NCBI GenBank assembly: GCA_977020255.1
Contig: CDROCS010001028.1
Span: 124,001 to 188,000, forward strand
Length of the DNA: 64,000 nucleotides
Reading direction: 5' to 3'
Source of the DNA: Obrimoposthia wandeli
Lineage: Eukaryota
Shown here: in pieces, positions 1-10,111 of the stretch
Numbering within the stretch: position 1 is the stretch's first letter
Layout: each line of letters starts with the position of its first letter
Program-made: the position numbers and the translations under genes
The notes under the pieces: generated by a model
Database searches by the model: none
Seen by the model: only the letters and a program-made list of their open reading frames with translations
Told to the model about the DNA's origin: nothing

Positions 1-282
1 GCGCTCGATTGCTTGTTTTTGAACATCCGCGGATACAACAACAACCTTAGTGTCAAAATCACGTACTGGTAGAGACTTTAAAACTTCAAAACCGTCCATC
101 ACAGGCATTGTTAAATCTAAGAACAAAACATCAATATCGTGCTGACTCAAACACTCTAAACCCGCCCTACCATTTTTTGCAAAATGCAGCGTCAAAAAAT
201 CACTTTCTGGTAGCAAGCGAGCGAGTGCTTTATGTACAATCGGTGAATCATCACAAATTAAAATGTGCTTAGACTTAACCAC
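1..282 (-). CDS. Response regulator receiver (CheY-like) protein, N-terminal part; runs off the window edge
   Basis: Not in the ORF track. Manual translation from GTG at 282 gives VVKSKHILICDDSPIVHKAL...DVLFLDLTMPVMDGFEVL...VVVVSADVQ, which has the acidic DD pair, the phospho-acceptor D in FLDLTMP and the conserved S in VSA. Confidence 0.88.
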   Translation of the reverse strand, partial: MVKSKHILICDDSPIVHKALARLLPESDFLTLHFAKNGRAGLECLSQHDIDVLFLDLTMPVMDGFEVLKSLPVRDFDTKVVVVSADVQKQAIER

Positions 283-689
283 TTAGATAACGTGTCCCAA
301 TTTAATTTTTCACAATACTTATATAATAGTCATTTGATGTATTATTCATAACGCCACTGTATGAAAATTATTGAATAAGTGATGTTGATCCTCTTTTGAG
401 CTCTTATAAATTCTTACTGATACTATCATCATGAGTCAAGATCACATTTCAACTCTCAATTTGCTTGTTTTTTGTACTTAAATGTATCGATTCATAATGT
501 CATGATTTTTTGATAATATGTGAAAATCTATACATTTTCACGCCTAGCATAAGGAATAATCATGAATGAGTAGCCTAAACTCAAATTAAAAATTACCCCA
601 CAATAGGCTTTTATCTCCTGCATTTTAAATCGTGTTAAAACGTTGTAATATTGACACTGCTCATCAATTATTAAATAGGAATAGCTTTA

Positions 690-1049
690 ATGAAAATAGT
701 CCGTTGGGTCTTAGGACGAATCATCCTTTTACTGAATTTCATCTTCTCTCCACGCGCACAAAACCGTGATAATTCAGAACAAAATCGAGTTAATCAAGAT
801 GTTGCAAAATTAAAACTCTATCAATTTGATGCATGCCCATTTTGTGTAAAGGTTCGCCGCTCTGCTAAACGTTTAAATTTACCGCTAGAGACCCGAAACG
901 CAAAAGTTGCACCTTGGGAGCAAGAGTTGATCAAAGATGGAGGTGCACGAAAAGTACCTTGCTTACGCATTGAACAAGAAAATGGCAACATCGAATGGCT
1001 ATATGAATCTAATGACATCATTAGCTACTTAGAACAACGCTTTGCTTAG
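690..1049 (+). CDS. Glutaredoxin-family / GST-N thioredoxin-fold protein
   Basis: YQFDACPFCVKV (CPFC) and KVPCLRI...WLYESNDII motifs; SD-like AGGA upstream. Confidence 0.85.
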   Translation: MKIVRWVLGRIILLLNFIFSPRAQNRDNSEQNRVNQDVAKLKLYQFDACPFCVKVRRSAKRLNLPLETRNAKVAPWEQELIKDGGARKVPCLRIEQENGNIEWLYESNDIISYLEQRFA

Positions 1050-1213
1050 TGTTAATTTTGAGCACTATTAATAACATCTAATGAGATTAAGTGAACTAAA
1101 TCAATTCGTTCACTTAATTTTTGTGCACTATTGAAATAATAGTGAGACACTGTTTGATTACTAGCACGAAAAACAGTATCAGCACTGGCTTTTTTGCCAA
1201 TACAGGACAAAGA

Positions 1214-1888
1214 ATGAAGAAAAATAAAATTATAACTACCGACGATATTCTACTTAAGCTTTGCCAATCGATTTCAAGTGTTTTATCTACCGCAACAGAT
1301 AGCCAAATCAACTACTCTGCTATGGTACAAAAGATAAATAAAACAAGCTTAAAGCCTGATATCGGATGTTTTGTACTATTTGATGGTGGTTTCACCGGTC
1401 TCGTTGTGAGTAACTTCACTCAACAAGCTGCACTTGAGATTTATCAGGCGTATATGTTGAAAATGGGAATTCCTCGTGAAGATCTTGCGATTCATCATAC
1501 TTCTGACGAAGTAGCCGATGTACTGGGCGAGCTGATGAATCAAACCGTTGGTGACTTTACAAGTAAGATTCGTCGTGAATTGCAAATTTCCATCACGCAG
1601 AATCAACCTAAAATGTTGGCGCTAAATAAACAAATAATTCTTTCTGTCGATACTAACCTTGACCGCCCACAAGCTCGTCGCGTTAGCTTTACAACAGAAA
1701 AAAATAACATCTTTTATTTAGAACTCGCAATGGATAAGACTGAATTTATTCAACTTGAAGAGTTTGAGCAACATCAAGATATCGATCCTGACGTAATCAT
1801 CGAAAACGAAAAAAAGCAAAAAGAAAGTAAATTAAAGCTTCAAAATCAATCAGATGAACAAGATTTACTCGATGAACTTGGTATTTAA
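1214..1888 (+). CDS. DUF3334-family protein (CheC/CheX-like fold)
   Basis: MKKNKIITTDDILLKLCQS start (ATG 1214 preferred over 1121); contains DVLGELMNQ (ExxN). Confidence 0.75.
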   Translation: MKKNKIITTDDILLKLCQSISSVLSTATDSQINYSAMVQKINKTSLKPDIGCFVLFDGGFTGLVVSNFTQQAALEIYQAYMLKMGIPREDLAIHHTSDEVADVLGELMNQTVGDFTSKIRRELQISITQNQPKMLALNKQIILSVDTNLDRPQARRVSFTTEKNNIFYLELAMDKTEFIQLEEFEQHQDIDPDVIIENEKKQKESKLKLQNQSDEQDLLDELGI

Positions 1889-1917
1889 CACCCACTAATA
1901 CTGAAGTATAAATAACA

Positions 1918-1981
1918 AAAGGCACTATTAACTAGGTTTTCTATCTACTCATAAATAGAAAACCTAGCTTATAGTGCCTTT
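1918..1981. terminator. Long imperfect inverted repeat, probable intrinsic terminator
   Basis: AAAGGCACTAT-TAACTAGGTTTTCTAT / ATAGAAAACCTAGCTT-ATAGTGCCTTT arms around a 10-nt loop, followed by a T-rich run. Confidence 0.7.
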
Positions 1982-2075
1982 CTTTTTCTCATTAATCCTA
2001 TGAATTGTAACTGCTAATATTTTTCTCTTTGCTAGACTAAAAAGCATCTTCAGTTACATGTTATAGGTCGGCATC

Positions 2076-3164
2076 ATGGCTATTCAAACTAAAGCTTACG
2101 CATTGTACAAGCGATACATTCCCTTCATTTTTTTATTATCCACTTTCGTCGCTTTACCAGCCCTAGCGGAGAAAAGTACCTATGCTGACCATAAACGTGG
2201 TGACGTAATTAACGTCAATTTAGACCAATTGCTACCAACCCAAGCAGTCATAAGCTTGGATGAAGAGTATTATAATCTTGGTCGCTATGCTGAAGACTTA
2301 AAAAAAATGTACAATGATCTCTGCGAGGTTAACGGTGCTAAGGGCGTAAAACAGTGGGATAAAGATTCAAACCCTACCGATATAAGTACATACAGCTGCC
2401 AGAAAAAACAAGGGAACAATATTGATGCCCTCCCCGCTGTAATTATCGGCCCCGAAGATGGCGAACTCTTTCTTATCGATCATCATAATATTCTCTCTAC
2501 CTTCTGGGATATGCCAAACGGCGGAACAAGCGTGCCAGTAACACTAAGGGTTGAATATAACCTACTGGGTTCTGGTGATGATTTTTGGCCGGAATTACAA
2601 AATGATCACGAAGTATGGCTATATAACAATAAAGGTAAAAAGATCAAACCAAGTGCCTTACCTCAATATATTGGATCTAAACAATTAAAGCACGATAAGT
2701 ACTTTTCTCTCACCTATTTCCTAAATGGTATCGCCTATGACATGCCCGAAGGCAACAAAGTGCCTTACGTAAAATTGAATTGGTCTCGCGTATTACGAGA
2801 GAAAATGGATATAGGTGATTACAATCTTAACAATGAAGATGAATACGCTACAGCACTGACGGAAGCTGCAACTATTATCACAGATCTAAAAAGTGACACT
2901 GTAATAGGCAAATCAGGAGAAACTGCTCAAGAGATGGGTCAAAAAAAGAGGGTTGATACTAAAGCGTTAGAAAATTTACTGACGAATGAGAAATCAACTT
3001 GGCATTATGCGATGGCTTATCGCCTTGCCAAGAAAGAAAAGGCAACGCCAAAAAATATTGAAGATGAAAATAATAATAAAGAAGATGCCAACAACAAAAA
3101 AGAATCAAAGAAAAAAGACAAACCCAATTCAATCAATGAAACAGACAAGGTAAAAGTTGAATAA
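2076..3164 (+). CDS. Secreted ParB/Srx-like (ParBc_2-type) domain protein
   Basis: Signal peptide ending in ALA; LLPTQ and IIGPEDGELFLIDHHN motifs resemble ParB-like nuclease domains; Lys/Glu/Asn-rich tail. Confidence 0.65.
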   Translation: MAIQTKAYALYKRYIPFIFLLSTFVALPALAEKSTYADHKRGDVINVNLDQLLPTQAVISLDEEYYNLGRYAEDLKKMYNDLCEVNGAKGVKQWDKDSNPTDISTYSCQKKQGNNIDALPAVIIGPEDGELFLIDHHNILSTFWDMPNGGTSVPVTLRVEYNLLGSGDDFWPELQNDHEVWLYNNKGKKIKPSALPQYIGSKQLKHDKYFSLTYFLNGIAYDMPEGNKVPYVKLNWSRVLREKMDIGDYNLNNEDEYATALTEAATIITDLKSDTVIGKSGETAQEMGQKKRVDTKALENLLTNEKSTWHYAMAYRLAKKEKATPKNIEDENNNKEDANNKKESKKKDKPNSINETDKVKVE

Positions 3165-3170
3165 AGCAAT

Positions 3171-3230
3171 ATATTCAAGCTATCTCAAGATGCAGGATTC
3201 ATAAAGCACCTTGAGGTAACTTGGATCCAT
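3171..3230. repeat. Degenerate copy of a short palindromic interspersed repeat (ERIC/MITE-like)
   Basis: ATATTCAAGCTATCTCAAGATGCAGGATTCA...GCACCTTGAGGTAACTTGG. The left arm matches the 17343 copy at 20 of 23 positions. Confidence 0.7.
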
Positions 3231-3276
3231 ATAAAACAATAGTCAGTGCAATTAATATTTTCCAACTGAGCCTGAC

Positions 3277-3528
3277 TTAAGAATAAGGTTTTTCTTTATT
3301 ATTTAAAGCAGATAAATGGACAATTGCTTGCTCTAAAGCTTCCTGTAAAGAATGCTCTTTAATTGTTGAATAAAAAAATGACTCTCGCAATTGAGCATTA
3401 TTTAAAAAAACCTTTTCAAGGCACTCAGGAAGGTTATCAATATCAAAAACTTTAGATAAACTGTTAGGTTTTTTCACATCGATTTCCATTATATTAGCTG
3501 TCATATTTCGGTTGAAATCTTGAGTCAT
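3277..3528 (-). CDS. Small hypothetical protein
   Basis: 83-aa ORF with a GGAG-like SD upstream; no recognisable motif. Confidence 0.5.
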   Translation of the reverse strand: MTQDFNRNMTANIMEIDVKKPNSLSKVFDIDNLPECLEKVFLNNAQLRESFFYSTIKEHSLQEALEQAIVHLSALNNKEKPYS

Positions 3529-3743
3529 CGTAAAACCGCTCCGCTATTTACTTCTACCATAAGAATAACTCATATACAGCTAACTATAATACACATTTAT
3601 GTAACATAAGATTTACAACTAGATCTATCAATTAACACTTTTGGTGTATGTTAAATGACAATAGCACTAGTTAAGTACTCAGAATAGATATCGAATTCAT
3701 ACACTGCTAAACAGTGTATGAACGTTAAAATGCTAATAAGGCG

Positions 3744-4196
3744 TTACTTTTTAAAGTTCTTGACCAAAAAGGTATCGAGCTTATTTGCGAAATTTTGTCG
3801 ATCTGCTTGGTTCAATGGCGGTGGCCCACCAGTTTGAACACCAGAGCTACGCATTGTTTCCATAAAGTCTCGCATCTGCAAGCGCTGCTTGATGGTATCT
3901 TTAGTATATAGCTCACCACGCGGATTTAGAGCATGAACCCCATTGGTGATCAATTCATCAGCTAATGGAATATCAGCGGTAATCACCAAGTCACCAGGTT
4001 CAGCCTGTTGAACAATATGATCGTCGGCAACATCAAAGCCAGCTAGCACTTGTGTTGAGCGAATATGTGGTGACGGTGGTACCCGTATATGGTGATTGGC
4101 AACTAATGTCACCATTATGCCTACCCTATTGGCAACACGAAATAAAATTTCTTTAATGACGTTCGGACACGCATCTGCATCAACCCAGATCTGCAT
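3744..4196 (-). CDS. yaiI: YaiI/YqxD (DUF188) family protein
   Basis: [11 protein letters not shown] start (ATG 4196), [15 protein letters not shown] and [10 protein letters not shown] motifs. Confidence 0.9.
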   Translation of the reverse strand: MQIWVDADACPNVIKEILFRVANRVGIMVTLVANHHIRVPPSPHIRSTQVLAGFDVADDHIVQQAEPGDLVITADIPLADELITNGVHALNPRGELYTKDTIKQRLQMRDFMETMRSSGVQTGGPPPLNQADRQNFANKLDTFLVKNFKK

Positions 4197-4283
4197 ATTA
4201 TTCCTATCTTTTAACTGACTCAATACTGAGTATGATAACGCTTTCTACAAAGCTATTCTGCTATTAGTAAGTGTTATAAATAC

Positions 4284-4316
4284 AGAAAAGCCACCATTAA
4301 AAATGGCGGCTTTTCT
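4284..4316. terminator. Intrinsic terminator after ybiT
   Basis: AGAAAAGCCACCATT-AAA-AATGGCGGCTTTTCT hairpin. Confidence 0.75.
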
Positions 4317-4355
4317 AGTTGTTCATTTTACTTATAATTCAAGCAGGCGGCTAAA

Positions 4356-5951
4356 TTAACCAGTAAGACCTTGCTTAGCTAGATACTCTTCGTAAGTACC
4401 GTGGAAATCTTCAATGCCATTTTCTGTAATTTCAATGATGCGTGTTGCAACTGAAGATACAAACTGACGGTCGTGAGATACAAACATTAATGTACCTTTG
4501 AAGTTTTCAAGTGCAAGGTTCAAGGCTTCAATAGATTCCATATCCATGTGGTTGGTTGGTTCATCCATAAGAAGAATGTTTGGCTTTTGCATAATTAGCT
4601 TACCAAACAGCATACGACCTTGCTCACCACCAGAAATTACTTTTACAGATTTCTTGATGTCATTTTGAGAGAAAAGCATACGACCAAGGATACCGCGAAC
4701 AACTTGCTCGTCGTCACCTTCGTTTTTCCACTGACCCATCCAATCAATAAGGTTCAAATCTTCAGAAAAATCTGAGCTATGATCCTGAGCATAGAAGCCG
4801 ATATTATGGTTTTCAGACCACTTAACCATGCCTTCCATTGGTTCCATTTTACCCGCAAGCGTGTTTAGTAATGTCGATTTACCAACACCATTCTGACCGA
4901 TAATCGCAATACGCTCGCCAACTTCTACCATTAGCTTAACGCCATTGATTAGAATGTTCTCGCCGTAACCTTGCTTTAGACCTTCAACTTCTAATGCGTT
5001 ACGGAAAAGAGGTTTTTCTTGATCAAAACGAATAAATGGCGATTGACGGCTAGATGCCTTCACTTCACTCAATTGAATCTTATCAAGCTGCTTTTGACGT
5101 GACGTTGCTTGCTTTGCTTTAGATGCGTTAGCAGAGAAACGGCTTACGAACGTTTGTAGTTCAGCCATCTGTGCTTTTTTCTTCGCGTTATCAGCATGTA
5201 GTTGGTCACGAGACTGCTCTGCAGCCGACATGTACTCGTCATAGTTACCAGGGAATAGGCGAAGTTCACCGTAATCGAGGTCAGCCATGTGGGTACAAAT
5301 ACTGTTCAAGAAGTGGCGATCGTGCGAGATAATGATCATTGTGCAGTTACGCGCCAACAAAATCTCTTCCAACCAGCTAATTGTGTGAATGTCCAAGTTG
5401 TTCGTTGGTTCGTCAAGAAGCATAACTTCTGGATCAGCAAAAAGAACCTGAGCAAGAAGCACACGAACTTTAAGGCCTGGAGCAACTTCGCTCATTAAAC
5501 CAAAGTGTTGCGATTCAGGAATACCAAGACCTAACAGTAATTCACCAGCACGCGCTTCAGCAGAATAACCGTCCATTTCAGCGAATTCTGTTTCTAAATC
5601 GCCAACACGCATACCATCTTCATCTGACATTTCAGGTAAAGAATAAATGTGATCACGTTCTATTTTAACTTTCCAAAGATCTTTGTGACCCATAATAACG
5701 GTATCAACAACAGAGTACTCTTCAAAAGCAAACTGATCCTGACCCAACTTAGCCATACGCTCGTTTGGATCTAATGAAACAGTACCGCCTGACTGCTCTA
5801 ATTCGCCGCCAAGGATTTTCATGAAGGTTGACTTACCACAGCCATTCGCACCGATAAGACCGTAACGGTTACCACCGCCGAATTTAACTGAAATGTTTTC
5901 AAACAATGGCTTATCGCCAAATTGCATTGTAATGTTAGCTGTAGAAATCAA
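4356..5951 (-). CDS. ybiT: ABC-F family ATPase
   Basis: TTG start [41 protein letters not shown]; two nucleotide-binding domains ([16 protein letters not shown]; LLDEPTN twice); no transmembrane segments. Confidence 0.93.
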   Translation of the reverse strand: MISTANITMQFGDKPLFENISVKFGGGNRYGLIGANGCGKSTFMKILGGELEQSGGTVSLDPNERMAKLGQDQFAFEEYSVVDTVIMGHKDLWKVKIERDHIYSLPEMSDEDGMRVGDLETEFAEMDGYSAEARAGELLLGLGIPESQHFGLMSEVAPGLKVRVLLAQVLFADPEVMLLDEPTNNLDIHTISWLEEILLARNCTMIIISHDRHFLNSICTHMADLDYGELRLFPGNYDEYMSAAEQSRDQLHADNAKKKAQMAELQTFVSRFSANASKAKQATSRQKQLDKIQLSEVKASSRQSPFIRFDQEKPLFRNALEVEGLKQGYGENILINGVKLMVEVGERIAIIGQNGVGKSTLLNTLAGKMEPMEGMVKWSENHNIGFYAQDHSSDFSEDLNLIDWMGQWKNEGDDEQVVRGILGRMLFSQNDIKKSVKVISGGEQGRMLFGKLIMQKPNILLMDEPTNHMDMESIEALNLALENFKGTLMFVSHDRQFVSSVATRIIEITENGIEDFHGTYEEYLAKQGLTG

Positions 5952-6137
5952 AGTACTGTTCCATAAATAGTTTATGTATAAAGCATTAAAAAAGCCGACA
6001 TCGTCTGCCAGCTTTTTCAATTTTAATTGCGGCGTAGTATATCAGATTTAGTGAGCCACATCACCATTAATAACATTCATAATATGAACAACTTACCTAT
6101 ATTGACATGCAACAGAAACTTAACACCGATAAACCGC

Positions 6138-7034
6138 TTAATAGGTAGACGAATAGTCACTATCTGAATAGTCCGTGTCATCTTCATCGCTATAATAATC
6201 GTGGCTGTAACCATCGTTGCTATAGTCATCAGATGATTTAAGGTCAATCACAAACAGGCAATCAAAAGTCATAGGACTTCCTTCGTCACCAGTAAAGTCT
6301 GTCAAATTTACCATGCCCGATAACCGCACAGTGCCTTTACTATTTTTAAAGCGCCCAGAACTATAAAGTACTGAATTATCCTTACTTGAAGCACCAGTAA
6401 TATGCGTCATCTCAACGCCGCTCGGTGTAACTGTTTCTTGTAGCACTGGTTGAACCGTCGTTTCTCCTCGAGTGACTAACTTACCGTGTGGCGTCTTAAA
6501 AAAAGTGGTACCAACTAATTTAATTCCACCATCTTTAGGTGTGATTTGGGATAAGCAATCTATCGCGGTACCTATTTTTTTCTGATTTTTCGCGTTAACC
6601 AATTGAACTTTAAAACAAAACGCCTCATCCTTATAACCGTCGCCATCAATATCGGGGACATTTCTAATGAACATGTTACCTGTGCCGATTAAATTATAAA
6701 CAAGGTGTCTATCAGTTTTTTTGTCCTTTTTGTCTTTACCGCTATCGTCATACTCATGACCGTAATAGTCATCTTGGCTGTAGTCATCTTCGTTATAGCT
6801 GTCTTCATCATCACTATATTCATAGTTATAATAGCGATCAGAGCTGTAGCTGTAACTGGAGCTATCCTCATAATAGCGATCGTCGTCATAACGTTGTTTA
6901 TAATCACTATAATCATCGCTGTAATAATCATTTTCACTATATCTTTCATTGCTTTCGTCATTTTTTGCAAAAACATTGAATGAGATACCGAGGCAGATCG
7001 CGATAACAATAACCATTAGATTCTTGATATTCAT
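6138..7034 (-). CDS. Secreted protein with Asp/Tyr/Ser-rich low-complexity arms around a small beta-rich core
   Basis: Signal peptide ending in VFA; D/Y/S tracts at both ends; DIDGDG motif; two Cys-containing strands (FCFKV, DCLF). Confidence 0.8.
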   Translation of the reverse strand: MNIKNLMVIVIAICLGISFNVFAKNDESNERYSENDYYSDDYSDYKQRYDDDRYYEDSSSYSYSSDRYYNYEYSDDEDSYNEDDYSQDDYYGHEYDDSGKDKKDKKTDRHLVYNLIGTGNMFIRNVPDIDGDGYKDEAFCFKVQLVNAKNQKKIGTAIDCLSQITPKDGGIKLVGTTFFKTPHGKLVTRGETTVQPVLQETVTPSGVEMTHITGASSKDNSVLYSSGRFKNSKGTVRLSGMVNLTDFTGDEGSPMTFDCLFVIDLKSSDDYSNDGYSHDYYSDEDDTDYSDSDYSSTY

Positions 7035-7434
7035 TGCCTTTTACTCCACGAACATTTTCGTATAGATCAATGAGTCAATTCGCTACCCATAGTCAATAAA
7101 ACACAGTTCACCACAGAATCACAAAGCAATATTAAATATCGCCATGCATCAACAAAAATAAAAAATTAAGCATAATTGCTTAATAAATGTTAACACTGCA
7201 ATGCATTGTCTAGTTATTGTAGGGTATGTTGGTGCTATCGGTTAGTTATGTCAGATTTGTCTATATCAGTCTTATTTATCTGATAAGTGTCTTTTTTTTA
7301 ATAAAAGAACATTATATTTCATAGATATCACTACTAAATTCTCAATTGTGAGACAACCAACTGAAGACTAAAATGAAAAAACAGGTTCTATTTAGAGAAA
7401 AATAGAACGCATAAAGAATACGTTATATATACCC

Positions 7435-8889
7435 TTATACTTTGCGAAAATAAGTAAAACGTCGAAAGTTCAAAGAAGTAAACTTGTCCTTTAACTGTGA
7501 GTATAAATTAGGGAAGGTATTTAAATACACTAAAAGCACCAAGGTAAAGAGACTAATAGCACTCCCTAAAATCAAAACCATTCCTGTCGAAAGCATTGCT
7601 GAAGTAGTACTATGCAACAGATAGGCTACGCTGCAAATACACAAGGTTTTTATCCAACCAGCATGTTTATAAGGTAACGGTTCTAATGACTGGCTAACAC
7701 AATAAAGCAACGCTAAACGCAGACTATAAACACTGCCTAGCACAGCAACCGCAGCCCATACCCCATAAAGTGGAATTAGAAAGTAATAACCTATTACTGC
7801 TATTACTGCACACAAACATTGTATCCACATTTGCTTCTGGCTTGATTCGCCGCTGAAACAGCCTAGGTTCATCAATTCACTTATATTTTTTATTGTATTC
7901 ACTAAAATAAGAGCAACCGACACCTTAGCAGCCAAATAATAATCACTCGGTAAAAACAGGTAAATAAAACTTGGTACGGTAAGAAGCATTGAAAAGGCAA
8001 GAAAAATAATCAAATTACAGCCAAGAATTGCCTTTTCAGCACATTGTTGTGGCCCATTCTCTTGTTGTAATATTTGAATTCTATTTGGAAACCACCACAA
8101 ACAAAATGGTTGCATTAACAAACTTAATATTAGCGAAAACTTAGCGCTTATTGCATATACTGCTAATGTTTCAACGTTTATTTTGTCGGCAAGAATCCAT
8201 TTATCAAGCCCTGTAACGGCAAACATACCAATACCACTAACAACAATGGGCCCCCCAAACTTAAGCAATGGTAATGAATAGCCTAAATAACCTAATCGTC
8301 CCATTTGCTGCCATTGGAACCTTAGTAAACAAACAAGCATTAATACGCTCGATACCGCACCAGCGATCAATACTGCATCAATCCCAAATCCATGCTCTAA
8401 CAAAATAACGATAAGTAAAGCTTGGACAAAAGCTTTAATCACATTAAAAATACAGAACCACTTAGCCAATGACTGCATACGCATTAAGGTAAGGGGGATT
8501 GCAATTAATCCATCTAATAATGTGGGTAAAACAATTAATGCAATTTGATACGCTTTAACTTTCGCGGGTACACAAAGAAGTAACCATGGCATTAATAACC
8601 AAACAATGACGCCACCTATTACGGCTGCAATAAGGCTAAGCGAGAAGCAATTAGCGATCAATAATTGTCGTTTTTCACCTTCACTAGAGCCAACAAAACG
8701 GTACATTGCATCGATTAAGCCGAAGCCAACCAGAATAGTTCCAATATCAGCCAGTAATATTAACGCCTCTAATGAGCCATATTCTTTCGTATCTAGCTGC
8801 CCAGTGACATAAGGCATCATTAACAATGATACCCCTTTCATCATCACAATGCCGACGCCGTAATACAATGACTGTTTAATTGCGCTCAT
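7435..8889 (-). CDS. Wzx-like oligosaccharide flippase (MOP superfamily)
   Basis: 484 aa with many hydrophobic helices; YGSLEAL and GLDKWIL..YAISAKF patterns typical of polysaccharide flippases. Confidence 0.88.
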   Translation of the reverse strand: MSAIKQSLYYGVGIVMMKGVSLLMMPYVTGQLDTKEYGSLEALILLADIGTILVGFGLIDAMYRFVGSSEGEKRQLLIANCFSLSLIAAVIGGVIVWLLMPWLLLCVPAKVKAYQIALIVLPTLLDGLIAIPLTLMRMQSLAKWFCIFNVIKAFVQALLIVILLEHGFGIDAVLIAGAVSSVLMLVCLLRFQWQQMGRLGYLGYSLPLLKFGGPIVVSGIGMFAVTGLDKWILADKINVETLAVYAISAKFSLILSLLMQPFCLWWFPNRIQILQQENGPQQCAEKAILGCNLIIFLAFSMLLTVPSFIYLFLPSDYYLAAKVSVALILVNTIKNISELMNLGCFSGESSQKQMWIQCLCAVIAVIGYYFLIPLYGVWAAVAVLGSVYSLRLALLYCVSQSLEPLPYKHAGWIKTLCICSVAYLLHSTTSAMLSTGMVLILGSAISLFTLVLLVYLNTFPNLYSQLKDKFTSLNFRRFTYFRKV

Positions 8890-8961
8890 GAAACACCTTA
8901 TTACTTAAGAAATATAAACAACTGATATATTTTCATTAATCATGCATATTTGAGCAATCAT

Positions 8962-9915
8962 TCAAATATTTTTACTTGCAAAAAATTTTACTTTTCTTGG
9001 TTTCCATTCTTTTTTAACCTTTGCTAGAAAACTGATAATTCTTCGATGTTTGGGTTCTAAAGCAAACGAACGAAAACTAAATAATAGCGCTTTAATCTTG
9101 TTACCTTTAGCCCTATAATAATTGGCATATTCTTCATTTAATCGAGCTTCAGCTCTCGAAATTGATTTTGATGTTATTAACGATTCATAACTTTTATAAT
9201 ATGAAATGATATTTTTAATTGACTCAAGATTACTCAGTTTATTATCATCTAATTGTGTTATAGAGCCCTTTCTTATTAAGTAGTTAGCGTATACGGTAGG
9301 TATTACTGCAACATCAAAACATTCGCACACTTTCAACCAAAGCTGCCAATCTTCTGCATATTTCAACTTAGTATCAAATAGCCCTACTTTTTTAAATACT
9401 GACTTTTTCATCATAACTGTCGATGTGCCAATAAGATTATTCGAAAAAATGACATTTAAAGGATCATCAAGAATCTTAGCTTGCTCATTACAATCTTGAA
9501 ATTGATTCCAATAGCCAAAACAATCGACTAACTTTTGATTACTCTCAGTCAAGTGAACATAATTTGTAAAACTCATACCCAACTCAGGATTTAATTTATG
9601 TACACCAAGTTGCGTTTTAAGTTTTCCATCATGCCAGCTATCATCTGAATCAAGAAAAGTAATGTATTCTCCACTCGCTTTCTTAATACCTAAGTTTCTT
9701 GCGCTAGATACGCCAACACCTTCCGTTGTTATCACTATTATTCTGCTATCACGCATGACTAGTCGTTCAAGGTACTCAGCTGTTCCATCATTGCTATTAT
9801 CGTTAATTACGATTAACTCTATATTTTCATGCTCTTGTTTTAAAACACTATCAATTGCTTTTGGTAAATAATTCATACAATTATATGTTGGAATAACAAC
9901 AGTAATTCGGCACAT
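8962..9915 (-). CDS. GT2 family glycosyltransferase
   Basis: VVIPTYN, INDNSND, GVSSARNLG, FLDSDD (DxD) and AEDWQLW motifs. Confidence 0.92.
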   Translation of the reverse strand: MCRITVVIPTYNCMNYLPKAIDSVLKQEHENIELIVINDNSNDGTAEYLERLVMRDSRIIVITTEGVGVSSARNLGIKKASGEYITFLDSDDSWHDGKLKTQLGVHKLNPELGMSFTNYVHLTESNQKLVDCFGYWNQFQDCNEQAKILDDPLNVIFSNNLIGTSTVMMKKSVFKKVGLFDTKLKYAEDWQLWLKVCECFDVAVIPTVYANYLIRKGSITQLDDNKLSNLESIKNIISYYKSYESLITSKSISRAEARLNEEYANYYRAKGNKIKALLFSFRSFALEPKHRRIISFLAKVKKEWKPRKVKFFASKNI

Positions 9916-9946
9916 TACTGACTCCTTTTTATTATTATTCTAATAA

Positions 9947-9962
9947 AGCAGGATTCATGCCG
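9947..9962 (-). promoter_or_regulatory. sigma54 -24/-12 promoter for GT2 and the flippase
   Basis: Minus strand CGGCATGAATCCTGCT = GG-N10-GC, about 30 nt upstream of the GT2 start. Confidence 0.65.
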
Positions 9963-10012
9963 TTCCTACATCCAATAAAATAGGTGTCAATATGTGTGAA
10001 TTTTTATCTTTT

Positions 10013-10027
10013 TTTGCATAATGCAAT
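10013..10027. promoter_or_regulatory. Palindromic candidate enhancer-binding-protein site
   Basis: TTTGCA-TAA-TGCAAT dyad lying between the two divergent sigma54 promoters. Confidence 0.45.
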
Positions 10028-10057
10028 AATCTCACTCAAATTTTGCACTTTCCTCAT

Positions 10058-10073
10058 AGGCACAATAATTGCT
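10058..10073 (+). promoter_or_regulatory. sigma54 -24/-12 promoter for GT4
   Basis: AGGCACAATAATTGCT = GG-N10-GC, a near-consensus TGGCAC-N5-TTGC, about 40 nt upstream of ATG 10112. Confidence 0.7.
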
Positions 10074-10111
10074 TTTAACTGTAATACTGAATGTGATTAG
10101 AGAGGAATAAT

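Noticed and set aside
6689-7009. Very hydrophobic overlapping ORFs 6689..7009(-) and 6705..6983(+) that look like membrane proteins
   Set aside because: They are alternative-frame and antisense shadows of the GAY/TAY/AGY-rich codons of the acidic protein, and have no independent SD or motif.
7339-7353. TTCTCAATTGTGAGA palindrome resembling the SypG enhancer
   Set aside because: Spacing is one base off the TTCTCA-N3-TG core, and I found no GG-N10-GC promoter between it and the acidic-protein gene.
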